From Trichomonas gallinae (lineage: Eukaryota): DNA of 41,341 nt. The position numbers were made by a program, and so were the translations under genes. The stretch lies in contig MRSU01009682.1 of NCBI GenBank assembly GCA_008369845.1, positions 1 to 41,341 of the forward strand, read 5' to 3'. The notes beneath the pieces are model-generated. The model made no database searches. It was not told the origin of the DNA and was given only the letters and a program-made list of their open reading frames with translations. Shown piece by piece: positions 20,901-29,119 of this stretch. How positions within the stretch are numbered: position 1 is the stretch's first letter; every line of letters begins with the position of its first letter.

Positions 20901-22050
20901 TTGCTGCAGTAATGTTTTTGTTCGCATCATTGAAGCAATTTTCAGTATCATTAATATATTTTTCATATCTTTGAACAATCGGCAAAATAAAGTTATGGAG
21001 TGCTTCAAATCCTTTCCTGAGTATTGTCCTTTTAGTATCCCAGAATTTTGTTAGTTTTTCGATGAAAATCGCATTTAATTTCTGTGAATGTTTGTGTAAT
21101 GGCGTTAATTCAGCGATGGCATTTGCTGCTTCACTGTCTCCTTTCAGTTGCTGAAGTTCTGCTTCAACATCTTGCAAAAGATTCGAATTTACCAAAATAT
21201 TTGTGTTTAAATGATCTGTGATTTTCGTTGTAAACTGATTAATGAAGTTTGTGTGGAACTGAAGCATTTCTTCTGTCTTATTCCACCAATCATCGACGTC
21301 TTTCGTTGTAAATTTATCTGGCGGCATAATTATTGTGTAATTTTGCAGTATTTTCTGGAAAACTAGCGTGAATTTAGCTTGTTCTCTATAAAAATCCTCG
21401 AAAATTGTTCCATATTCCAATTGTTTCAATGGATCTAATTTATTCTTTGCATCATTGAAGACTGTTTCGAATCTGTTTGTTCTCCAGTCATCACTTCTCT
21501 TTAAGAACTCATCCACATTATCTTGCGCTGATTTTTGTGCATTTTCGATGAATGAATCAAACATTTTTTCCATTTGTTGCTTATTTTTAACGAAAAGCTC
21601 ATTTAACGACTTTATTGTTGTAGGTAGTCTGTTCGAATACTGTGGCTCGATCATTGGAAGCTGATCTTTAAGATCAACATAAATTTTATCAATTTGCGGC
21701 TGTAATTGATCAAAAGATTTTTGGTACAAATCCATTGACGTAGATTTCAGCTCCTTTGTGTGATTTAAGATGTTTTCGCCAATTTCGATAACTTGCTGTT
21801 TTAAATCTTCGAAAGAAACGGACGTAGTTTTCATAGAATCGAGGATGACTTTGAGTTTTGACTCCTCCTCTTCTTTGTAACTGTTGTGTTTCTGAATTAA
21901 TTGCGTGATTTGTGATTTGCATTCGATGGATAATTGTTGCGCTGACGTTTCAAGCGCATGAATGCATTTCAGGTACCTGTCCGTCATGGATTTTTGGTAC
22001 TCATCGTAAGTTCCCCCTTCTTTTGAATGAGGAACTTCGATTTTTTTCAT
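17986..22050 (-). CDS. CCDC180/CFAP76-like coiled-coil protein, probably flagellum-associated
   Basis: 1354 aa, helical with KGK-rich linkers; the C-terminal region (KRDEHKNMLTPKL...LYTAEDERR...FDKFPLLEDL...TAMHRGVIVERNRAFEEY) recalls DUF4456; stop forms TAAA. Confidence 0.65.
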   Translation of the reverse strand: MKKIEVPHSKEGGTYDEYQKSMTDRYLKCIHALETSAQQLSIECKSQITQLIQKHNSYKEEEESKLKVILDSMKTTSVSFEDLKQQVIEIGENILNHTKELKSTSMDLYQKSFDQLQPQIDKIYVDLKDQLPMIEPQYSNRLPTTIKSLNELFVKNKQQMEKMFDSFIENAQKSAQDNVDEFLKRSDDWRTNRFETVFNDAKNKLDPLKQLEYGTIFEDFYREQAKFTLVFQKILQNYTIIMPPDKFTTKDVDDWWNKTEEMLQFHTNFINQFTTKITDHLNTNILVNSNLLQDVEAELQQLKGDSEAANAIAELTPLHKHSQKLNAIFIEKLTKFWDTKRTILRKGFEALHNFILPIVQRYEKYINDTENCFNDANKNITAATEKSRAELTKLETQFSEKEAEIQILANEKDINQAVTVCKGLLDSIEKEYRTSYDKIVEIYDEQPEKVKKFFEEGETELLNTLKLRKTTAAPELESIVKGANSHQRIPPVRKGSAIMRRPKLKDLKLNIFIFGSQNGAKFEEIEPITLIPEFDESSEEQNNQQNQKGKGKGKPPAPKPKKPAKTPTKNTKGKKGAIDEEYEMLEFSLTTSIPKIDDHIAIEVYTPQNSEISNWVNDFRKSVICSINDYFTEIVYKVQYKVERNKAANKLNERMRTHAPRLSQLELNTAKTRVLQIESRKMLLEKHFHHSAATFNKTLQIIEPSIEQYKQSMFAKIEEMRPLIVKISEIHSVQHFVELEQEFKICENHFLQVYEEEKKKEKELVTSLESSFKQINDRFIETVLNQDSYSNDERTNAMAYFDKMNAQVSNIYNALNEKITNASNEIDNKYQQLSEEFQQLIPKHTIDVTFIEALNSQQHVAKQKYDTLCFRNRQQEQEIDSLIAQLNEALKSEEEPQQLIITEFEAIERLRIALVKRGKYLMVMKSEISHDPIGFAIDLENTVTNTEHEKEEKDKDKKNKRQGKKPNTSKPKISSKKANSDQDSMGTMQGQIDQIGNQLIQGATKTITDYFTQLKTTKSAIVRTNEIKPNQPECIESLKQAWQKQIENTPQIFASSGLKYRTQVSQSLALTRQATVLIYDAVDKYYIDKLDVLSAESKDNFQKKMAELRQKRDEHKNMLTPKLSDSNNVQILKNLYTAEDERRKSELSLIIGYENNIIDTEKNVMNMFTSHLPQITQSLMSLFDKFPLLEDLTPGPVDNEQRRTLKSLIKDKERKNMQLPDDPDRPFHVRQWPTLPLTMEPISSMIQNESQDQKESTRSSGRKSTKKPKKSDPKVAVEASMMPIITSIDTAMHRGVIVERNRAFEEYQGELKERVNAFESTITELKEETQKFADFWVVSINHLCPRFVIPKDQK

Positions 22051-22697
22051 TCTTCTTTTGTCCGTTTTAAATTTACATGAAAATATTTGACATGTAAACT
22101 ACCTCTCAAATAAACGTACAACCAAAATCTTCTAATTATTATAATAAGAATGTTGTAGACGGAATTTTTCAAATGCTTTGTAGACACTCGTCTCTTGCGT
22201 ATATCTGCCGTGTCTACAACTTAAATATTCCTTATTTTTTCTCCTAAAATAGTAATTCAATAGTCGAGTCTGAAACGAAAGGTCACAAATCTGTACCAAA
22301 AATAGGCTATTATTTACAATTTATCAGTTTTAGATACTATATCAATGAAACTTTAGTTTAGTTTTTTTCCCTTATTTCCATGTCATGTTTTGCTGCATTG
22401 TAGCTGTTGCAAATATCATGAAAATGTCCCTTGTTTTTTGATTTTTATTCATTATTTCAATTGGAAAATATTATTCCAACAACTTTGAATCTCATTGTTG
22501 TTTGAATTTATGAGGTTTTGCTGATCTAGATGGTTATTCTTCATATTTTAAATTCAAAATCTTTTATTTAATTTTTCAAAAGAATATTTTCATTCCATTT
22601 CCTCTTCAACTGCCTTCAACATTAATAATAGAGTCAATGATAAGTGAATCCAAATGAGAATGTAATAAAATATATTCTTTATAACTATAATTTTTAA

Positions 22698-22766
22698 TTT
22701 TCTCTTCCTTGTCGGTCCTATTGGGCGGTAAACTTCGCCATTAAGCAGGCTGATAAGGAGAGGAGA
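22698..22766. other. GC-rich imperfect stem-loop downstream of the hydrogenase stop codon
   Basis: TCTCTTCCTT/AAGGAGAGGAGA, GTCGG/CTGAT, CCT/AGG and GGCGG/TCGCC arms nested around a TAAACT loop, within AT-rich flanks. Confidence 0.7.
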
Positions 22767-22791
22767 TTTTCATCAAACACGAATTCCGTTC

Positions 22792-24198
22792 TTAGAACTT
22801 CTGTGGCTTGAAGTGAGTGTGGAAGTACTCGTGAGCCAAGCCGTGGCCGAACTTGCCGCCTAAGTAGGTGTTGTAGAGCTCCTGGAGCTGTGTGTTGTCC
22901 TGTGGTGTTCTGTACTTGGAAGCTCTATCGATGCGGTATGTGGCATCGAGACGCTTGTTCATAGCAGCCTTTGTCTTGGCCTTTGGAGAGCCACCACCAC
23001 CGACGCAGCCACCTGGGCAGGCCATAACCTCGCAGAAGACGACACCCTTGACGTCATCCTGGCCCTCTTCGATCTTCTTGATGAGCTGCATGGCGTTCTT
23101 GACACCCTGAGCGACAGCGACCTTGATTTCGCGGCCATTGATGTCGACTGTGCCGACCTTGATGCCCTTCTCGGCGCCACGGACCTGGTTGAACTCGATT
23201 GGAGCGAGTTCCTTGCCAGTAGCGAACTTGTAAGCTGAGCGGACAGCTGATTCCATAACACCACCTGTTGCGCAGAAGATGGCACCACCACCTGTAGCCA
23301 TGGCGTATGGGGAGTCGAGCTCTGTGTCTGGAAGGTTCTTGAAGTCGATTTTAGCGGCCTTGATCATCTTTGCGAGTTCGCGAGATGTGATATCGAGGTC
23401 TGTCTCATGGTAGCCCTCCTTTGTGCGGAGCTGCTCACGCTCTGCTTCGTCCTTCTTGGCTGTGCATGGCATGATACCAACAGAATAGATTCTTGCTGGG
23501 TCAACGCCGATGTGCTTCGGGAAGACGTTCTTGATGGCAGCGGAGAGCATGCCAATTGGTGAGCGGCATGTTGAGAGGTGTGGCATCCACTGTGGATAGC
23601 TTCTCTCGACATAGTTAACCCAAGCTGGGCAGCAGGATGTGAACATTGGGAGGACAGCCTTTGGATCGTTGAGTCTCTGAAGGAGCTCTGTGGCTTCTTC
23701 GACGATTGTAAGATCGGCACCGAAGTTTGTGTCGAAAACATAGTCGAAGCCGAGCTTCTTGAGAGCTGTGACGACCTTGCCAGTGGAGATTGTGCCGACT
23801 GGGATGCCGAGGCCTTCAGCCATGTTGATACGGATGGCTGGGGCGATCTGAGCGACGAGAATCTTGTCACCCTTGTTCTTGAAGACCTGATTCATCTGCT
23901 TGATAGCATCCTTCTCGTGAAGAGCGAATGTTGGGCAGACGAGTGTGCATTGACCGCAGCCGATGCAGTTTGTCTCAGCGAGTGGCTTGCCTGTGACAGT
24001 CTGGACAACACCCTTCTTCTTCTTGTCGCCTTCAATTTTGACAGACTTGAGGACACTTTGTCCGGCGACGTTCTTGCAAGCCTTAACGCAAGCCTGGCAG
24101 TTGATGCACTTGTGCATATCGAAGGCGATGGCGTTGTGGGACGTATCAACCCATCTGATGTTGGCAGCGGAGCGAGAGCCAAGAGAAGAACCGAGCAT
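22792..24198 (-). CDS. Hydrogenosomal [FeFe]-hydrogenase, short type with 2x[4Fe-4S]; T. vaginalis HydB-like
   Basis: Presequence MLGSSLGSR; CINCQACVKAC and CIGCGQCTLVCP ferredoxin motifs; H-cluster motifs TSCCPAW, MPCTAKKDE and EVMACPGGCVGGGG; strong codon bias. Confidence 0.97.
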   Translation of the reverse strand: MLGSSLGSRSAANIRWVDTSHNAIAFDMHKCINCQACVKACKNVAGQSVLKSVKIEGDKKKKGVVQTVTGKPLAETNCIGCGQCTLVCPTFALHEKDAIKQMNQVFKNKGDKILVAQIAPAIRINMAEGLGIPVGTISTGKVVTALKKLGFDYVFDTNFGADLTIVEEATELLQRLNDPKAVLPMFTSCCPAWVNYVERSYPQWMPHLSTCRSPIGMLSAAIKNVFPKHIGVDPARIYSVGIMPCTAKKDEAEREQLRTKEGYHETDLDITSRELAKMIKAAKIDFKNLPDTELDSPYAMATGGGAIFCATGGVMESAVRSAYKFATGKELAPIEFNQVRGAEKGIKVGTVDINGREIKVAVAQGVKNAMQLIKKIEEGQDDVKGVVFCEVMACPGGCVGGGGSPKAKTKAAMNKRLDATYRIDRASKYRTPQDNTQLQELYNTYLGGKFGHGLAHEYFHTHFKPQKF

Positions 24199-24206
24199 TA
24201 TTCTCT

Positions 24207-24216
24207 GATGAAGTGA
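24207..24216 (-). promoter_or_regulatory. Initiator element(s) of the hydrogenase gene
   Basis: The minus strand reads TCACTTCATC, ending 8 nt before the ATG at 24198. Confidence 0.65.
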
Positions 24217-26070
24217 TTTTCTTTAAAAGTTCTCAAAAATAACATAGCGGTTCTCAATTTCGTGTTCATTGTTATTTTTGAATGGTTTATCAACCTGTCA
24301 TCATGTGTCACCTCTTTTTGGCTCCGTTTACTCGAAACAATTCATATGAGATCATTTTTTTATTCGTTATGGAGAAACTCAATTCAATTTTGATTATCGC
24401 TAAATATTGCTTATATTCATTTCTACAATCCAAATATTCAAGTTTGGTCCGATTTTGAATACTTAGCGGTTTCGTTTTTAAAATTGACAAATTTTAAATT
24501 AAATTAAAATCATTTTTTATAAATAAATCACTCATTAATCTCATGGTAATTATATTTATGAGTTTGTTTTTAGAGCTTGGTCCATTTTAAAAATAACCTT
24601 ATTATTTGTTGAAATTCATTCGGTACAAAAAAGAAGCAAATATCATGATCTTAGAAATGGTTTTAGCGATAGCTGTTATCAATCAATGATGCATCAGGTT
24701 ACACGCTGTAATAATATGATAAATATTCAGCTAAGACACTTAATTTCCTGATTTTAATTACGAAATAAAAAAAATCGGTTAATTAAAGTGTTTATTGATT
24801 AGAATGCTTTCTATTGTAACGCAGAATGACTCTATGGAGACGAAAATCGTTAATTTTTTTCAAATATTTTTTTGGAAAATTATTAACATAAATCGAGCCT
24901 TTGCCCTCTACTATTTCTCTTGTATTCTGATGACAACAATTCTATGTGATTTCTTCCCGTTTTATCTCAAAAACAATTGTCTTCGAAATTCCTTGTAGTT
25001 GATCTTACGGCCAAAACAGTTTTATTACTACTCATCATGTATTGATAAGTGCATCCGAGCTTGAGTTAACGATTTATAACTTAATTTTCCAAAATTTGAA
25101 ATTTTTTCTTTTATTCAGATGTTTATTTTCGAATAATTCGATTGCCTGTTGCCATCCTAATATAATCCAAGCTAATCAATACTCAAAATACGATCGAATA
25201 TAATCGAGACAAAAATATCTGCATTATCCAGAAAATAAACCTCATAAAATCCCATTATACATCCTAATTAATTGATTACCAAAGCCTGTTACACTTAATA
25301 CGCTAAAACAAATTTTGATATATTTCGATTTATTTAAAACTAGCATGAAATGTTAACTGTAAAATGATGCATTTATAAGTGATAACTAAAAGAAGTTAAT
25401 CTGTTTACATATTATCGTTTAAAATATAGAGATATTTCAAATTTTAAACAAATGCCTAATTTTATTGTATCAATACAATATTTGTCTAAAACCTCTTCTA
25501 TTTCATTTGTTATTTTTCGTTTTGGTTGAAGTATTTTTCGGGAAAAATAACATTTTCAAAAAAAATCACAATAATTTTTGTAATTCTCTTTGATAAACAT
25601 TTTTCATTTTCAGATTTTGAGTGTTGTTTAAAATCACAGATACATGAGAAACTCGCTCACCATATATTGACATTCCTTTCGACACTCACCAAGAACGATT
25701 ATTCCTGCAACATTGGATTAACAGCGAATTTTTAATGAAAAAAACTTTAATTTTCTTCAGGCAAGACATTAATTCATCAAACATTATCCATATTACCATT
25801 ATACCAACTGGTTCTTTGCACATCGAAGACATTGAAAAATTTGATCATTTTCAATAATTATTCAAAACTCAATTCGGTTATAACAAACTCAACAAGCCCG
25901 TACATGATAATACATCTGTAATACTCTTATCTTTATCTATCTCGAATCAAAAAGATGACATATAATATTTTCCAAAGTAAAGCTTCTCTCACTAATATTT
26001 GAATAACCAATACATCATCAAACTATTTACATTTCACAAATCCAACAATTTACGTACAAATTTAATTTCA

Positions 26071-26224
26071 ATGTTATCTAACAAGAATGACCCATACTTA
26101 TATGGTAAAAAGTGAAACCATACATCTTTATATTATGAATATATTATTACTCCATTTTATAAAATTTTTATGTTATCTAACTTAATTGATATAGATTTCT
26201 ATGGTAAAAAGTGAAACTACATAT
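26071..26224 (+). repeat. Imperfect direct repeat, 99-bp period
   Basis: ATGTTATCTAAC at 26071 and 26170; TATGGTAAAAAGTGAAAC at 26101 and 26200. Confidence 0.8.
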
Positions 26225-26406
26225 GCGATAAATATTATTCTGTTATCATCCCATATGATAATTTGAAATAAAAAAATTTGTTAAATAACAAGCATTTCAA
26301 CATCATGAATATAAACAAAGCTTTTTAAAGTGAAAACTAGCTTCAATAATTGAAATTTAGATAAAAAATTGCCAAAAAATTTCAATAATAATAGAGAAAA
26401 TAACAT

Positions 26407-28467
26407 TTATTGATACTTTTGCACTTCTTTCTCGAAGTAAGAGGCGGCAGAGTGCGTCATTGTCACGTTGTACTCAACGGACTGAGTGACAGGATTATCT
26501 CTCGGGAGGCTCAACAAGACGTGAGACATGTACGCGGCGACAGATGAGACCTTTTGAGGGTTGACGTGCATGAATAAGATGAGAGTCATAGGCAGCCAGT
26601 GGTCGGCGCCGATTTCTTTCAGTCCTTGATATGACAAAACGTTGATAATCGCGGACAAAGACCTGTCGATCCACTCAGAGATCGGCAGAGCTGAGTCCTC
26701 AGCGAAAGCGCGCCTCAAGTGCTGTGCTGGTAATGACATAAGAGAAGGGTCGTCCTTGAAGACCTTCAAGAACGACAAATTGTTAGCAGCGTGCAGTTCT
26801 TCGACGTGTTCTTCTATCATCTTGTGGACTTTCTCGTCCTTCTCTACTACTTCTGGGTGGTGCTTCATGAACTCGCTGAGTGTTATGATGCGGGTGAGGC
26901 GTCCGTATATGATAGGAAGGAAGAAGTCCTTCTGGACGGTGAATTTCTTGGACTCTGCGAATTCGTTGAATGATTTGACCAAGGCTGAGTAAGTTTGCGA
27001 GAATTTCTTGTGTTCTGTGCAGAGCTGAGGTATCATCGACTCTGCCTCGGCGAATGGGCCTGTTTGCACCCACATATTGAAGAATGCCATCTGGCGAGTT
27101 TGGAGTAAAAATGATATCGCTTGGCTGCAGTGGAGTTGCATGACTTTGAAGATGTCACTAGATGAGCTGTTGGAAAGGGTGTCTTTACGGTGTTTCATTC
27201 TGTATTCGTACGCGGATTTGAGGAGATCAAGATAATAACTTACGTCGTCTGGGGCGTTATTCTGTTGTTTGAGGTTCTTGAACTCGTCTAGCTTCAGCTC
27301 ATATTGGAGACGAGATGAACCGCCGTGTAGAGCAATAGCAAATTCGAATGTTCCAATAATATCACTTTCAATACGAGAAACATCGAGTTGAATGATCAAA
27401 GCGCGGATAATAGCTTCAAATGGATCTGCTGCTGACTCAATTTCGGTTGAGGTTCTACGCTGTGCTGCGATATGATGAAGAATTGGAATTTGAATGACAG
27501 TATCCGAGTCTGGTACTGTTATTTCTGTTCCTGTAATCTCAGAGAATATTTTTGCATCATCTTTGAGTAAATATACGACACAATTATTATTTGCGAGAAT
27601 ATTCGAAACGTTTGATTCGAGCGGTAAATTGAGAATTGTATTCATTCTTTCCTTGAGTGTCTGAACGAGTTCTGATATCTTTGAAGTGTTTTCTTCAATT
27701 GCTGGAAGTAAATATTCGAATGACTTTGTTTCGCTTGAGGGAACTAAGCCGTATATTGATGGATTCGTGAGCAGTGGCTTGAGTATAGAGTCAATAAAGT
27801 ATTTAACAGGGTCGTCGAGCTTAATAAATAATTCGCGAATTGTTGTTGGGAAAAAGAAGGAACGTGAAGTTATAAGGTCGAGAATCTTATCCAGCCCTCC
27901 ATTCTCTGTAAGTATCTTAGCGGCATCTGCTTGAATTGAGCTTAGAAAGACGAAAAATGTTGGATGAACAAGTAAAAGTCTGGAAAAAGAAGGAATATAC
28001 TTTGGATCGACTTGCACAAGCATGTTTATGAAGTCCATCATCTCTTCGTGGCTCCATAAGCATGAGAATATCGCTGGGATGAATGAAAACACAATATCGT
28101 TCTCTTTTTCTGGATGATTTGTTATATAACTTGAAATTTTGTCTGCAAGATCTTTGTTGTTATCTGATTTTATCAGGTTGTCGAGAATTTCTTGATATTT
28201 TTTGTAGTCACCAGATGAATTCGCTGAGTTTTTCAGTATAACTTGAAGATCTGGAACGTCAGTGATTTTGTTTGTCTTTGATTGCTCTAATACTGATAAG
28301 TGAAGTGAAAAAACTTTGCGGGAAAGAAAAATTAGATTTCGAATTGAGTCAAATGATTCTTTTTCGAAAAGTTTTGCCTGCTGAAACTCAATATCGAAGA
28401 ACGCCTGCTCACGGTGTAAAAGCTGACGCAAATAGTCCAGCTGCGCCGAAAGATCAGCTTCACTCAT
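26407..28467 (-). CDS. VPS9-domain Rab5-family GEF, GAPVD1/RME-6-like
   Basis: C-terminal IGADHWLP...VNP...EYNVTMTHSAASYF is the VPS9 signature; the N-terminus and ILKPLLTNPSIYGLV recall the GAPVD1 RasGAP-like region. Confidence 0.8.
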   Translation of the reverse strand: MSEADLSAQLDYLRQLLHREQAFFDIEFQQAKLFEKESFDSIRNLIFLSRKVFSLHLSVLEQSKTNKITDVPDLQVILKNSANSSGDYKKYQEILDNLIKSDNNKDLADKISSYITNHPEKENDIVFSFIPAIFSCLWSHEEMMDFINMLVQVDPKYIPSFSRLLLVHPTFFVFLSSIQADAAKILTENGGLDKILDLITSRSFFFPTTIRELFIKLDDPVKYFIDSILKPLLTNPSIYGLVPSSETKSFEYLLPAIEENTSKISELVQTLKERMNTILNLPLESNVSNILANNNCVVYLLKDDAKIFSEITGTEITVPDSDTVIQIPILHHIAAQRRTSTEIESAADPFEAIIRALIIQLDVSRIESDIIGTFEFAIALHGGSSRLQYELKLDEFKNLKQQNNAPDDVSYYLDLLKSAYEYRMKHRKDTLSNSSSSDIFKVMQLHCSQAISFLLQTRQMAFFNMWVQTGPFAEAESMIPQLCTEHKKFSQTYSALVKSFNEFAESKKFTVQKDFFLPIIYGRLTRIITLSEFMKHHPEVVEKDEKVHKMIEEHVEELHAANNLSFLKVFKDDPSLMSLPAQHLRRAFAEDSALPISEWIDRSLSAIINVLSYQGLKEIGADHWLPMTLILFMHVNPQKVSSVAAYMSHVLLSLPRDNPVTQSVEYNVTMTHSAASYFEKEVQKYQ

Positions 28468-28481
28468 ATTTATATTGTTAA

Positions 28482-28615
28482 AAAAGTGACAACATTTTTT
28501 TTCTTGCCACCAAAAGTGACAACCATTTTCTCCATGTAAACTGTCAAATATGCCACTTTCAACTTTACAACGTCATTTTCTAGTTTACAACGTCAAAACA
28601 AATTTTACAATGCTA
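28482..28615. promoter_or_regulatory. Motif cluster in a divergent promoter: 2x AAAAGTGACAAC (M2-like) and 3x TTTACAA(C/T)G
   Basis: AAAAGTGACAAC at 28482 and 28512; TTTACAACGTCA at 28564 and 28584; TTTACAATGCTA at 28604. Confidence 0.55.
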
Positions 28616-29119
28616 TTTTCTGCTTATTACATATATAGAGCCAAAATCACAAGGTGGTAATTTATATTTATTCATTATCCTTCAATTTTACATCAACAAA
28701 AAGCATTTTTGATTGAATTTGAATGCTCAAAATTGTATATTGATAAGAATACATATACAGAGCTCTAATTTTAGGGTTGTCTACCATAAATCTTCTTTTG
28801 ATAAAATGATCTCCCATCTATTTTGTTTTGTTGTAATGATTTCGCTGATTTAATGTTTGAAAAATCTCTAGTGAAACGTAACATTCGGAAAAGAATATAA
28901 AATTCGTGTTCTAGAACTACTTTAGATCATGAACAATCAAAAAAATATGCGAAAGAATTTTTCGTTTTGAAAATTCACATCATCTTTTTTCTTCAAATTA
29001 AAAATATAGGTTACTTGTTTGATAATGATTCTATTTATTACAGTTTCATCGGATAATTTTTTGATGTGATTTTGGCACTTTTTGAATTTGATGTTATAAT
29101 TAATAAATAATTACATATA

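Noticed and set aside
22152..22160. Cas12a-like repeat end (GTTGTAGA)
   Set aside because: Short chance match; no array.
23578..24216. 212-aa antisense ORF and other nested ORFs in the hydrogenase, GME, RPS25, TOG and cyclase genes
   Set aside because: Shadow ORFs explained by codon bias of the real genes; no recognisable motifs; many have non-ATG starts.
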